DNA of 57,707 bases, filler included, from Sphacelaria rigidula (Eukaryota): the NCBI GenBank assembly GCA_964200075.2. It is 8 parts of 8 records of this genome, joined end to end, with 100 filler letters (N's around TTAATTAATTAA, not from the genome) between each part and the next. Parts side by side here need not be neighbours in the genome. Positions count along the whole stretch, not along the records: positions 36,133 to 43,257 come from CAXNAA020016364.1; positions 43,358 to 50,482 come from CAXNAA020016365.1; positions 50,583 to 57,707 come from CAXNAA020016366.1; 5 more parts are not named here. The stretch is one strand, 5' to 3'. Positions within the stretch are counted from its first letter, which is position 1, and every line of letters starts with the position of its first letter. The notes below the pieces were generated by a model that saw nothing but the letters and a program-made list of their open reading frames with translations, was not told the DNA's origin and searched no databases. Shown here one piece after another: positions 37,633 through 50,859 of this stretch. The position numbers were made by a program, and so were the translations under genes.

Positions 37633-39553
37633 TTATTTTCGTTGAGCTTGGCGGACCACAGATTTCGACGGCATCGAATCATCCGCTTCACACGGACCAG
37701 ATACAGTCACAGCTCGCGCGGGCATAGTGGGAATATTGACCCAGCACGACAGCAAGTCACCCCATACGTTACGTTCACCCGAAACATGACAGACTGTGAA
37801 CCAATACTGGCGTAATACACCTTTCCACGCCTCCAATTGCTGTGCCAACGCCTTCGACACGGACGTCACCTATGCGTCCGGGTTGAAAATGTACGCTAGA
37901 TTGCGGTGATCCGTAAAAATGTGCACGCCATTCCACAATAGATGCTCGAGACGACGAAAAGTGCTCACGATAGCAAACCCTTTCTTGTCAATGGTTGCCC
38001 AACGCATCGGTGAAGCCTTGAGATTACCACTAAGGAAAGCCAGCGGTTCATGCGCCACGTCTTCAACCAGCAACCGTTATTGCATTTCTGCATCAGGCAC
38101 CTGCGTTACAAAACTACCCCAATGACACTTGGATGCATACGAAACCATCAGCACCTGGCAACCGGGGCGGGGATGGAACAGCGTCACGGCATGAGCCACC
38201 AGATACCTCGCTTCCGCCCATGCCTGCAGCCTGTCCTCCGCCTAGGATGCGTGCGGAATAACGCGGTTGTTGGCCACCCACTTCGTGCGCCTTGCAGCCC
38301 CCACCATGAGTTCTTTTGGAAAAACGCACAAGGGCGCCACTACTGCGGCCATACGTTGCAACGAGGTACGCAACCAGTTCATTGCGTGCAGGAATTGCAT
38401 TAGTTCCGCTGCTGTTTCAGGACGCCGCATGTCGGAAAAACCTTGCAAGCGGACCGGGTCATGCGAGACGCGGCCGTGTGAATATACTTTCCCACACCAC
38501 ACTAATGTACTAGCTAAAACGGTACACTTGCGGGCAGCTGCAAACAGAGCAACACTCTCTAAGCCAAGATTTAAGCCAAGATTGCATCAAGCGTATCCAA
38601 CAGTTCGTCTTCCGTATCCGCGAAGAAAATACATCATCCACCCAGATCTTGCATTTCAAGCCATCCAAAAGGTCTAACATGACACCTTGAAAACAGGAAG
38701 TAGCATTTAACGCGCCTTGCGGTACTCGTTGCGGGGTAAACATGCCAAACGGAGTCGTGATGGTGAACATCTCTTGCGCCTCTTCGGCCAACGGCATCTG
38801 CCAGTACCCCTGTAGGAGGTCCAACTTACCGAAGCATCGCGCGTTCAACAGGTCTATCATATCGGATTCCTGATTGGGCATGACACCCGGCGACTTCTCC
38901 ACCTGATCATCGACGGCTCCGTAATCGCTGACAAGGCGGAAAGAGTCCTCCTTCGGCACCGACATCGCTGGACTGGACCACACCGCCTGTAAATTCCTGA
39001 ACACCAACCCAAATGCCACAAGAGCTACCATGCAAGAAGCTGACCAACTGGACTTTACCGGATCATACCTCCTCAGTTTTTCTTTCACCGCGACCGCCCC
39101 TGGCTTCAGTGCAACCCCTATGGGTTCCACGCGCGCAGGGGGATCACCAATCAGCATACGACGAAACGTGTTCACGTGGCGATACAATATGCCACGCAAG
39201 CCCTCCGCGTTTGAAACGTTGAGGCCATTTGCCACAGGATCCGTCACGCTTTCCTCCAGAGCAGCCATTCGCGCGGACTCCTCTTCTGCCGGCTCCATAA
39301 CCATATCGGGGTCACGCTCCACTAAGCGTTCCACCGCCTCATCACGCTCCTCAGACACCTGCCCCCCCGCCTCCTGGAGAGCATTGACCGACACGCTCAC
39401 TCTGCGACTGGCCAAAAAAGCAGGCGTCGCGACACTCGAACCGGGCGACGGCATTTGCGCTTTTAGAAACTCTAACAGCCGATCATACGAGTCGACTCCG
39501 AGTTCCCGAAGCGCCGGTAAGCCCAACAGAACGACACCATCCGTCCCCGGCAT
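37633..39553 (-). pseudogene. pol: Gypsy reverse transcriptase and RNase H (disrupted)
   Basis: WSSPAMSVPK..FRLVSDY..FGKLDLLQGYWQMPL..RVPQG..WVDD; WCGKVYS; EPLAFLSG..FTDHRNL. Confidence 0.92.
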
Positions 39554-39587
39554 GATCGCAGACGATATCGGGGGTCATTGCTGACCC

Positions 39588-41097
39588 TCAGGTCATCCTG
39601 AACGCCAACTGTAGGGGAATCGTACGCTCCGTGACATTGGCACGTTGCTCCGATGCGGTGATGGCCTGCCGCGCCCCGAGCGAAAACGGGATGCGGATTT
39701 GCTCACCAGGAAGTAGACGCTCCAGCATCTCCACAATCAGCACCGACACGCTCGTGAAGTGGGCGCCTGAATCGAACACAGCGTTGACCGATATGACTCC
39801 CCGCGACCGTTGATTTGGGAGATGTGACTCTGCAGGAATATATGTTTCTTGATACTCGACCGGCACCTGCTCCGCCGACTGATTTGTCGTGATCCCCACT
39901 TGGCACCACGGCTGCGCATGCGGCGCAGGCATAGACGCCCCCGCTGGGGTAACCGGCAACACCGGCGGGTGCGAAGCCCCGCCCGCAGAACCAAATTGCA
40001 GCGGTACTCCGGCCGACGCAGCAGCGGATCCAAATTTCAGCTGAAATCCGGCCGGCTCAGCAGCAGGCGTCTCACCTTGCTCCGCTGCCGGCGGCGCCGG
40101 CACCGAGCCCGACACTTGAGTGGTCGGTCCCACCTGCACCGCCCGTTGCGGAGCAGCAGCCCCTGCGGCTGAGCCAGACCCAGAACCGGACCCCTGCTGA
40201 CGCCACCGCCGTTGCTGCTGCTGCTGCTGCTGCTGCTGGTAACTCGACTGCACACCTCCGCCGCTGGAGGATCCGCCTCCGCCACCACCCCGATGACCTT
40301 TTCCTTCTTTGTGATTGCGAGGGCGCGCGGCACGTGCCTGCCCAGACTCCCCCTCGGAAGGCGTTGGGCACTTGCGTGCGTAGTGGCCTACCTGGCCACA
40401 CTGAAAGCAAGTGATGTTGGTGGCGGCACTGCCTGTGAAGTTTGACCAGTGGTTACGCGAGCTCGAAGATTGCGGCGACGAAGTGGATGATTTCCCGAAT
40501 ACTTCAATACTCCGCCATGCCTGAGCCGCAGCCACCACGGTACCCATAACTAAGTACGGATCTGACTTCCAATTATTTTGGTGCTTTAATTGCACAAGCA
40601 CGGCCTGTTTGAATTCCGCCGGTGCCAGACCCTCCACCATCGCTTTCGTGATCACCGCAGCGGGCCTGGACGGAATCCCCCATCGGAGGAACGATAAACC
40701 ATCTCGACGTTGGGTTTTTCTGGGGAAATGTCTCCAACTTTCCCATGATTGGCTTCACCCTCTCATGCATGCTCTTCCCCTTGTGGTTCATGGCGACAAC
40801 CTTCGCCACGGCCGCGGACGCCTGGGTTAGCTCTACCTCAGCGCCCGCCGTATGCCCTGCATGCTTCTCGATCGCTGCAGCCAATTGCAGAGGCGTTATT
40901 GTGTTCTTCTCCTGGAATGTTCGCGCAAAAATGCGTTGGAGGGGGGTAGGCACGAGTTGCGCCATGGATACCACTTGATGCCTTACCGCACCCCCCGCAC
41001 TCGCATGCTCCACCCGCTTCTTGTATTTCACATACTTCGTATAAAACGAACGAGAAGCACACTCAGAATACAAATTTCCGTAACTGGGCGACCGCAA
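39588..41097 (-). pseudogene. gag: Gypsy gag with zinc knuckle and aspartic protease (frameshifted)
   Basis: CFQCGQVGHYARKC; NAVFDSGAHFTSVS; split over ORFs 40573-41097 and 39588-40655. Confidence 0.85.
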
Positions 41098-44000
41098 CTC
41101 TTCTCTCAGAAAAACTGGGGTTACGGTCGTCTCCGCTGGCTCTTCGATCAGTACCTCTGTAGTCGACCTTTCCGAGCGGACCTAATCGAAGGCTTCTGAA
41201 CCTTCTCGAACTCCACAATTCACGCCTGCCTTTGCCGCCGCACCACACAGCCGTGAGGTCCTATGAACTCCCGCTGCACGCAGCTCCAGCGAGTCTCCAG
41301 TCTGGATCAATCACGGGCCAGCCGCTTTTGCAGCTACCTCAGCTTAAACTCTCCTCACGCGTCCGTGAAGCAATATGTTCGAAGCTGTCCAGACTCCTCT
41401 CTACTGAAAAACTTTGAGCTGTCACTAAAGATAGCACTACTAGAACGACTAGCACTAATATCGATATTGTGACACCAGCAGGTTTCTAGTACTGCAGTGT
41501 CTAATGTCCTTGAGGGACTCCCCAGTTCCACTGGCCTCAGGTTTCAGTTGGTAGCCTTCACAACACCTTTTATTATCCTGGAGTGCCACCCAGGCACACA
41601 CGCTCCATAAACCACATCAGCGTATCACCCCTTTGTCCATGTCATCATCCATACTATCACCACAGATCCCAAGTCATCATCCATATCTTCATTATATACT
41701 CAACGTGACGGCGTGATTTCGTCACAGAATCTAGGCTGTTATTGTTCGTATACCGTCGATCGGTCTTCATTCACCATGCAGCGGCCGCTGGTACACACGG
41801 AATCACTGGTAGCCAGGCTGCTGAATCGCGATTTTGTTTTTTCGAAGATGGATTGCTCTCATGAATCTCCGTCTATAGAAGATGTCGAGAGTCCATAGAA
41901 AACGCAAAAAATAAAATAAGAGTTTGACAGCGAAGCTTGCTTTGAGGTATTTCAACATTAAACAGGACTATGTGCAAGTGAAAAACGCAGGGGGCTCATC
42001 AGAAGCACTGCGCACATATAAAATCAAAGATCTGGCCGATTTCTCTCAAGATGAGCTGGCACAGAAAGCCAGGGTCCGTTTCAGCGCTCTTGGTTTGGCG
42101 TTGTCGACCTTGGTCGCTTCTGACGCTGACGATATGGGGGTTCGCCTTTTATTGACATGGTAGTCAGTTGAAGCCATTTGTATCGAGTTATGATGCGGTA
42201 GGGGTTGCACATTTTGGGTCCAGATGTTTCTCATTCAGAGTGATGCTACGGTAAGGGTGCACGAATATTTTCTGAGGTTATAACTGTTAGAAGCCCTTTG
42301 TTTCATGCAAAACACGACTTACGAAAACATGCGAGAGTACGCCAGGATTGCCACTCCAATGTGCTGGGGATATCGCGAATGAACTCTCAAGCGGAGATGC
42401 CTTGACCATATTCTTGTGCATCTAGAACCGTTAAGAGCCCCCTGAACTAGATACGATTTCGCGCAAAACGTGCACCCCTTCCGTGGCATTGCTCTTCAGG
42501 GGCTCGCAGAGTCAGGAGGTACATAAGAAAATTGGTGGCGACATTGCCGTTTTCACCTCCATTCGCGACATCCCTAGCACATTGGAATGAACAGTGGATC
42601 CTGAAAAATGGGGTTCATCCAAAAAATGAGGTTGAAGAGCCGTTTCTCTTTTGCAGGGGAGACGCGAAACACTTACGACCGAGCGAAGCCATCTTCCCCC
42701 CCAAATATCCGCAGCAGTTGAGCAGCTGTGGCTAGGTGCATCTAACGAATGCGGTGTACACGCGTGTCGATGACGATAGCACTAGAGAGAGAAGCAACGA
42801 CAGAGAGGAAGCTCGTCGCCCGTGTCTTTTGTGTGTCTTCGCCCGGCGATTACCAATCGCTTGAGAAACTGGCATCATCGATGTTATTATACCAGTATGT
42901 GTCAAATTTTCCATGCGCCAGAACATCAAGGTGCGGAGAGATTCCGTCTCTTCGTGCCTGTCGAACTCACGAATGCGAAGATCTAATTCTCTCTGCCTCT
43001 CTCTTTGGATAGGACGCGCCTCTGGGCGCTGAAAAACATGTCGTTAGAAAATAGGGCAATGTTTCCACCATCGCTACTACCGTTCTCTGTCACACACATG
43101 CCAGCAAGAACGGTGCGTTGCGGCAAAGGTAGCAGATCCAACTTCAACTGCCCGTATTGTTTTACCGCAGGTGACGCAAGCGCGAGATGTAATGGATCCC
43201 ACACGGGGAAGGCACGGCCTCAGCAATCGCGTGCGCGGACCGCTTGTGGGCATCATGNNNNNNNNNNNNNNNNNNNNNNNNNNNNNNNNNNNNNNNNNNN
43301 NTTAATTAATTAANNNNNNNNNNNNNNNNNNNNNNNNNNNNNNNNNNNNNNNNNNNNTTGTCTTATGACTATGGCATGCATGATCATGAGTACACCCCCC
43401 CAACCCCCCCCCCCCGGGGGGGGGGGCTATCGTGGCACCACTCAATAACGCACTATTATATTTTACGTCATACATGTGTAGGCTTTGCCCCCTATGCACC
43501 AAACTCTTGGGGCACTTACGACCCTCTTGCGTCTTCTGAGACTCCCCTCTACACCTCTCCCCTGCGTGACTTTTATCCGGTAAGAGATGGGTTTTCATAT
43601 CAACTTCAGGAAATGCTCATATCATTTTGTACCAGTAGTAGTTGAGGAACACACACGGAAGAGAAGCTTAGACACGCCCTTCGCACGGCGGCAGGATAAT
43701 AGCCTGCTCCACCTGACACTGGAGTACAGTAGAAACCAAACCGGGAACAGGGCTCAGGGTAGGTGTACCTATGACCTTGCATGCCGTAGTCACAAAACCA
43801 TTGATCTCGCATGCCTACAGAAGTCGAGACGGAGCACGCCGGGTTTCCTCCGGACCAGGCTCAGCATAGGGTAGCGTAGGGGAGTGACGGGGAAAGGTGC
43901 ACATACGGCTCAGTAGTGTAGGTGTCACGGATTCCACTTAGTACTTTTTGTCAGTCGATACCCCCATACACTGGGACACTCAGTATTGCTGTCCGTTAGG

Positions 44001-44262
44001 GATACTTTAAGCAGTCGATATCTCGACTACACCCGTCGTGCATTGAATACCGTAAGTAGGGGTACAGGCACACTTCCTCCTTTCTCCTTTCTTTTTTATT
44101 TCGCAGTCTACTCTGCTGTTCTATTTTACCTTTTCTGTTTTTTTCTTTCTCGTTCAGTGAGAGTTTCAACTTTGGTTTGTCTTGGGTGCGTCTATCATGT
44201 GACCACAGCTGGACCCCTGGGGGGTTACTTCAAGTGCGCCAATCAATCGATCAATCAATCAA

Positions 44263-44362
44263 CCTGGGTACCCTCAGGAACTCTGGGTACCCCCAGGACC
44301 CCTGGGTACCCCCAGGACCCCTGGGTACCCCCAGGACCCCTGGGTATACCCTGGGTATACCC
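44263..44362. repeat. ~19-bp minisatellite (CCCTGGGTACCCCCAGGAC)n
   Basis: Direct read. Confidence 0.9.
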
Positions 44363-44469
44363 TACGTACACCCTGTACACTTGTTAGCACAACACAACGG
44401 AAATGAACCAAGTATCCTATGGTAGGGTCCCTGAGCCTCACCACATTTGAACACAGAAATTCGACTCAC

Positions 44470-47400
44470 CGTATTCCTCATGAGTGTGTCCGGATCACTG
44501 CCCGTCCCTTCCCGGAGACTCAAGCCGCGCTTGGCTGCTTCCGCTTTGATGGGCTCGGCCATTGGACCCGACAGCCCCCCCGGGATGCCCAGCAGCGATC
44601 GGTACTCCCCCCCCCGGTCCTGAAGAATGATTGCGGAAAGTAAAATCAACACATATTAATTATGGCGCATGAGACACAGTGAAAGCACACCGTGGGACGA
44701 GATTACATGGGCGCTTGTGCCGGACGAAGTACAGCCACCTCTGCCTGTTTTTGTCAACCACCGAGTGCATTAGGTATTTAGATAAGGGTAGGGGCATGAT
44801 GGACATTGCCTCGTGATCACTGCATCGAGCACAACGACCATCGTTGGAAAAAAACTTGATCGAGCTCCGGAAAAACATAACACCGGTCGTGATTGTAGGC
44901 GCTGTCGTGCGCCATTTCGAAGGAGCAGTGGACCTTGCCGCCGTAACTCCACCCCTTGACTTCTACTCATGGTTTGTGATGGATGTTCAAACAAAACGTT
45001 GAGGATCCAGTGTGGCCGATGAGAGAAGCCGGAGTTCGGGGAATCATGGGAGTAAACGACATCGTCTCCAGAACCACGGAATGAAGAACACTACACGCGC
45101 TCCCCGTTATCGAGAGCCATGGATGAGGCCAAGACTCAGTGTCTCCCCCACGAAACTACTTGACCGCTTTGCTTACTCCTACGCTACATCGGAATTAGTG
45201 TGCGGGTCTCAGTTGGGTCTCATTTCTTGACGCAACTTCATCGTCAAGTGGAAAACAGTCAAAACACAATTCTCGTCCATGTGGTGGTTTTCAATCTGCA
45301 GGCCATATATCGCAGCAGGAACGGGTACTTATGATCTTGGATGCCATGGTCATACGATCATCGACCTCGCATCCCCACAAAGCCGGGACGGAGCACGCCG
45401 GGTTTTCGCCGGACCAGGCTCGCAATTTACCACCAAGCGCGAAGCGCCATCATGTGTTCGGCGAGTCGCAGGAAAGGCGAGCGGTACACTGTTGAGGTGG
45501 TTCGGCCCGAGGTGTACTGATTGTCTCGCATTTGGATCACATTTATTGATTGGTTGATTGATTGTCGCACTTCAACTGACCCCCCAGAGGTCCAGCCCAC
45601 ACATAGCTTCACATAAATTGCTCCATTTCTGGTATCGCCACTTCCAGAGACAGTCACGGCTTGAACTCTGTCTCATGGGTGTCCCACCATTTGAGCACTG
45701 TTATACGTATTATGATCATCCCATTTGCGCGGAATTGAGGTTCTCCCATCCCGCACAATATGACTTAGCTCGACCACCATCATGGTTACCGCAAAAAAAG
45801 AAACAAGCGCCCCCAGAAACACGGCAACCCGGTTGCCCAGCTAACGAGGTGAGTGGCGTGTTTAACAGCATCATTCTGGTGCAACTCCTTCTAAGACATC
45901 AAAATATTTCGATATTTCCCCAGCTAGCATCATAGCACTTTTGGCACATTCTGGCATCTTCACCATACTCCACAACTTTTATCTTACGCTAGTTTCCCAC
46001 AACATCTTCCACGGTTCATTTCTCCATATTGCGCCATAGGCCTTTTGTACGTCTAGGAAGAAACAGTACGTTGTTAGCCCGGCGTATTTCTTACCTTGAA
46101 TAATCTTACCTCATGTGTACACAAGGTCTACGCAACTACAGTTTGGTCTAAACCGGCTTGCCCCTCCCTGATTTAATTTTTCTTCTCCAGCATCGTTCCC
46201 ACCCCATCATTCAGAATCTTACAGAATGTTTTCCCGTAGTTTAAAAATTCATCCCCTATTTTATCTTCCCCTGCTGCCTTCCTATTCTTGAGTTTGGCCA
46301 CACAATCCTCCATGTCTATCTCCGGTGAATTATCTCTGCAATTATTTCGAGCGACTGTCCTCCCGCTTCGATACCTCTACATTTGCCTCTGCCCATGCGT
46401 CGATTTCTTTCTCGAATTCCGTGTCGAACCTCTTGTTCGTGTTTGGTGTACTTAGTTTGCGATAGTACCCTACTCGTACTTTTCTCTTCCCCTTCGAATC
46501 ATTGACAATTGTACCGTTCTGTGCCCGTAGTGTGGCTATTCTTTTGTCTATCTTTCCTGCCCGGTTTCCCGTTGTCCCATTCATCACTGAAGAGGGGGCC
46601 ACTGTATCGAAATCGTTCCGCGGCGTGCAGTTGTCATTTCTGACTTTTTTCAAGCACGAGGAATACTATACATGTGTACAAGATCCCCCTTCGGGAGGTT
46701 TGTACGGGCCTCCCGGGGGTGATGCAACTCGAACATATATGGTTAAAAGAGGCTTTTGTATCTCAGTGTAGTAGTGACTGCTGCTGTGCAAAACATCGCA
46801 TGTGTTACCGGATGTCGTTCGGAAATATGGGAATTCGGACGGAGGCCGACGGCGGAACCGCCGGCGTAGGACATGTGTGGTATTTCCGAGGTGCCAGAGC
46901 GCGAAGAGTTCTCGTGCCACAAAGACGTGACAGCGTGAGACACTTACAGAAAAAATGGAATGCGTGGAACATTCTTGGCATGTTCTTTGTACATCACTGT
47001 GACTTCCGCATCACCGGGCAGATAGGGGTCTGCCAGAATGCAGTGCACCTTGGAATAACAAGAAGCTGGCCAAACAACCTCCAAGGCCACACTAGGCCCT
47101 CAACCAAGCTGCCGATTTCCAAGACTGTCGAGTAACATCGATCTCTACTGGGACGCCCTGTGGATAATGACAATCCGAACAAAACACATATCGATACCGC
47201 TTGTAGAGGTACAAAGCTCGGGAGCAACCACCATACGCGAGCTGTCGGCCCTGCAACGCACCGAAACTTCGGCCACATGCCATGTGAACCGAGGTCAACA
47301 AGCTCACGTCCCTGAATTGAGCGCTGTGCGTTGCAGCAAATGCGCAACGGGGTGAAAATAGGTCGCAAGGCTGGTGTGCCGCTCGCTGCTGGAGTACCAG

Positions 47401-48611
47401 CAGCAGGGATAAGAATCACCGCATGCGCCGAAAGGTGGAGGCGATATGCGCTCTCCACAGGGACCCCCCGGAGGGCATTCTCCGGGTGGGGGTCTCCGGA
47501 GCGAAACATATATATTCTTTTCCCGTCGGAATACGCCAAAATCGACCAAAATACGGCGTGTACTGGTCTATCTTCAGTCTATTAGTTGGGGTATTTGTAT
47601 GTATCAGTATGTAGACGATGAAACGCATGGGTTTTTTTCGTCGAGAAACGCCGGAAGATCGATCCCGATATGGGTAAAGATGGCTTATTTTTGTCGTGCA
47701 AATCTACGAATGCCTGCGTGGTGCCTTCTGGGCAGACCGCTACCTGTAACAAGACAGCCCCCATCTTATACGCCTGCCGGCGTGTTCTACATCCGCACAA
47801 TTTGTTTCGCCCGCGGCGAAAAAGATGCAGCCTATTTCGTGTTTTTGCGGCAAGCTGCAAATGGCCCTTCACCAAATCTGCTTTGCGCGCGGCTTGGGCC
47901 CAAAATCTGCGGTGGTGCACATACGCGCACGTTTTTTCTCACCCTGACCTGCAGACCCTTGGAGCAGAGGATAGGAGCAGGAGCAGGGGCACCTTGACCT
48001 GCACCCTTTCGAGAAAACATAATATCGAATCGAACGTGTTTTTCAAAATAATATTTTCAATGTTCCAGAATATGGCGTTTTGTACCTCTTCGAACAGCAA
48101 GAATTCGGACTCAAGCATTTCTGCTGAGATGGGAAGAGAAGAGAAGACGCGAGTCTCGCTCGAATAGGAGATGCTCAACATCTGTCGCATCTTGTCCTCT
48201 CGCCTTCACGATTTCAACGAGATAAATCCGCCGACAACCAGCATCTTCTGGAAAATAACCAACTGAAGCCTCATCACCACCGGGGCGCGGCAGCTTTTGC
48301 GATTAAAAAATGAAAAAAGGGAAAAAGGATGGAGGTTCGCTAGCAACCGATGTTTCCTCATAAGGCATATGGGGGGTAATACAGCTGGAACTAGTGACAC
48401 ATGAGTCGGAACTCTGGCGCTTCTTGGAAGAGGGGGGGTGGAAAAAATCGCGAGTCTTGATCCCCGGTATGTAGTATGATATTGTCGTCACCTGTGTATC
48501 CCGTCTGTCCAAGAAAACGCGGCCTGCGCCGTTATCGTACTTGACGAACATGTTAAAATACGCCTGGGCGAACTCAGGCATCTTCGATGCTGGAATGTTC
48601 ACGCTCACGAC
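44470..48611 (-). CDS. msrA: Algal-type peptide methionine sulfoxide reductase (MsrA-like), two internal exons (48611-48492, 44619-44470)
   Basis: Phase-0 join VVSVNIPASKMPEFAQAYFNMFVKYDNGAGRVFLDRRDTQ|DRGGEYRSLLGIPGGLSGPMAEPIKAEAAKRGLSLREGTGSDPDTLMRNT; the DRGGEYRS motif corresponds to MsrA DxGxQYRS; catalytic GCFW exon not found. Confidence 0.75.
46200..46653 (-). mobile_element. Non-LTR retrotransposon (LINE) ORF2 remnant in the msrA intron
   Basis: IATLRAQNG..YYRKLSTP..FDTEFEKEIDAWAEAN..CVAKLKNRKAAGEDKIGDEFLNYG (region just upstream of the RT core), with stops. Confidence 0.75.
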
Positions 48612-49565
48612 CTGCGCACGATACAGCGAGAGCAAACGCGCGTGGAGGGGACAGAGCAGGAAAAATAGACGGGAAGGGGAAATCCGTTGATTTGCGCGAT
48701 GGGGTGGGTGCATCATACCGATGCAGGATCCGGCATGCAATGCACCAACATTCAACTTCAGGGTCAAATGTTGGGTTAGGCTTCCTTCTACCGGCAATGA
48801 AAAAAAAAAAATCAACTTCGGGTTGTTTTCGACTAAATTCGTGCCGTATGCGCGAAGATCAACGTCAACTTCGAACTCCATCCAGGTGGCTGCCTCACAA
48901 CATGACAACATGACCTCAGAACCAACTTCGAAAATAGGAGTTAAATACAACCATGATGGAATTTCAATGTATGAATCATAGTCCCCGTCGAACACAGCCA
49001 TAAAACCGTGAGGTCGGCAACCCCCTCACCCATGAGCAGGCCGCATTATTCGGTACTTGCTTACTTTCTGCTATTTTTTCTCATTATTTTTCATCAGTGC
49101 GATACGTACCCGTTACCCTGTGAAAAAGGGAAACTGCAGCACCATAAGCGTCCTTGAATTGTAAAGGCGCCGTTCAGAGCAAGGGAACTCGTAGGTGCTT
49201 CTCTTGGCAACACGGTCCACAAGAACCACATTGTACCCAAAAACAGCCAGCCCGAGTGGAGGAGGGGGGGCGACGGGTTGCTACACATGTTACCGTATTT
49301 TCATCTATCAAGTTGCAGTTCGCTGTTGTAGGTTATCAAGAATAACAAAAAAAAACATTCGCCTGAGGCCTACAGATTATTCAAAGGAAGTTCCAAATTG
49401 TTATTACAACGTTAACCGTATTCGCACATGGCCGACATCTCGAAGGGTATTCTTCATTTCCGACTTTTTCTCCCCTATACGCCGTACAGGCAGTGTAGAA
49501 GCAAACGAAGAGGCACCTACCTCCCTTGACTTACTTTTGCTCGGCCGCTCTCTCACAATTGTCGA

Positions 49566-49789
49566 CCCTTTTGGGACCCATTGACGATTTTGTTTTGGTG
49601 AATCGGCACCATTTTCAGTCACTTTTGAAGTCAAAATGATGCTGATTTACAAAGTCAAAAATCATACAATGGGTTCCCAGAGGGTTAACCCTTAGACCGC
49701 GGTGCGGGTAGTCCATCTTGATCACGCATACTTTTTTTGAGGAGAAAATTGATGCCGATTCAACAGGTGATCTACCCTCGCCGTCTAAG
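49566..49789. mobile_element. Two adjacent piggyBac-like palindromic MITEs (49566-49684, 49689-49789) sharing a TTAA
   Basis: CCCTTTTGGGACCCATTG...CAATGGGTTCCCAGAGGG|TTAA|CCCTTAGAC...GTCTAAG|TTAA. Confidence 0.65.
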
Positions 49790-50598
49790 TTAAGTTAAGT
49801 ACTGACACATCAGTCACGACAACTTGTTCGTTGACCGTTGACCTTCGAGAATAGTTCAATGGCAATAGTACAGTTTGCTCTTTTGGTGTGTCATCGCGGA
49901 AGTCTCTAGCCCCCATTTCCAAAGCATGGCGTCACATTTCGAAGTCGGCGTTAGGGGAACGCCGGCATGCATTTTCATACAGCATTGGATAATACCGCCG
50001 CTCGTGGGTGGTCTAAATTATAAACGGTACATCTTGAAAGACGGTTAGGACGGGAGATTGCGGGTCGTAATTTCGGTAGATGGATGTGGATGGGTTCAGG
50101 TATTTCCTGAAAAGGTACAGTATCGCCTAAAGAGGTACAGTATCTGACTTACCGTTGTTGGAGGCGTGAGGACGCGAACAGCAAACGGAAATGTGTTTGA
50201 CACGGATCGACTCGGTACAGGAGTAGTCATCATCATCCAACCGGCGATATATCAAGGTGTAGAGCGTGTAGCCGGGAGAGATGGGGTGATTTCCTGAGAC
50301 CAAGGAATTGTCCCGAAGAATGGGGGGGGCGTACTCATGTGTTGCTTGCCTAAGCCCAAGTCGTGTGACTATTGACCACGCATCCCTTTCGAGAAGAATA
50401 TCGAAGAATAGGAGGGGGGGGGGGGGGGGGGTACTCCTTTTTTGCTTGCTTTAGCCGCCCACCCATTTACCATCGAAGAAGGNNNNNNNNNNNNNNNNNN
50501 NNNNNNNNNNNNNNNNNNNNNNNNNNTTAATTAATTAANNNNNNNNNNNNNNNNNNNNNNNNNNNNNNNNNNNNNNNNNNNNTTGTCCCCTTGGGGGG

Positions 50599-50859
50599 AT
50601 GTTGATTTCTTAACCCAGGGCCCGGCCAAAAAACCCCCACCTTTTCCCCCACCCGCCCCCCCCCCCCCCCGCACAAGACGTATGTGCGAATACCAAGCCT
50701 TTCATCCCATTTTTTTTCCGCCGTGAGTTACCGGCGACGGAGCATTTCAGAACAGATTTTCGGAACAAAATTGCCAATAACTCACGGAGAAAAATAAATG
50801 GGATTGAAGGTTTGGTATTCGTGCTTATCCAAGGTTATGCGCGAAAAACAAATCAACAT
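50599..50859. mobile_element. Palindromic MITE-like inverted repeat
   Basis: GCGAATACCAAGCCTTTCATCCCATTT..CCGTGAGTTA vs TAACTCACGG..AAATGGGATTGAAGGTTTGGTATTCGT; outer ATGTTGATTT/AAATCAACAT. Confidence 0.7.

Larger units (their letters stand above)
36453..41710 (-). mobile_element. Degenerate Ty3/Gypsy LTR retrotransposon (gag-PR-RT-RH-IN), 3' end interrupted
   Basis: Domain order gag CCHC, protease FDSGA, RT LDLLQGYWQ..WVDD, RNase H TDHRNL, integrase HHCC/VHFDF/WVSD/NGTCERM; many frameshifts and stops; PBS-like TGGTGTCA at 41477; putative 5' LTR ~41481-41710. Confidence 0.95.

Noticed and set aside
48303-49001. 232-aa ORF as a single-exon gene
   Set aside because: Only 48611-48492 is supported as an exon (it joins the MsrA-like exon); the rest reads through pyrimidine-rich intron sequence
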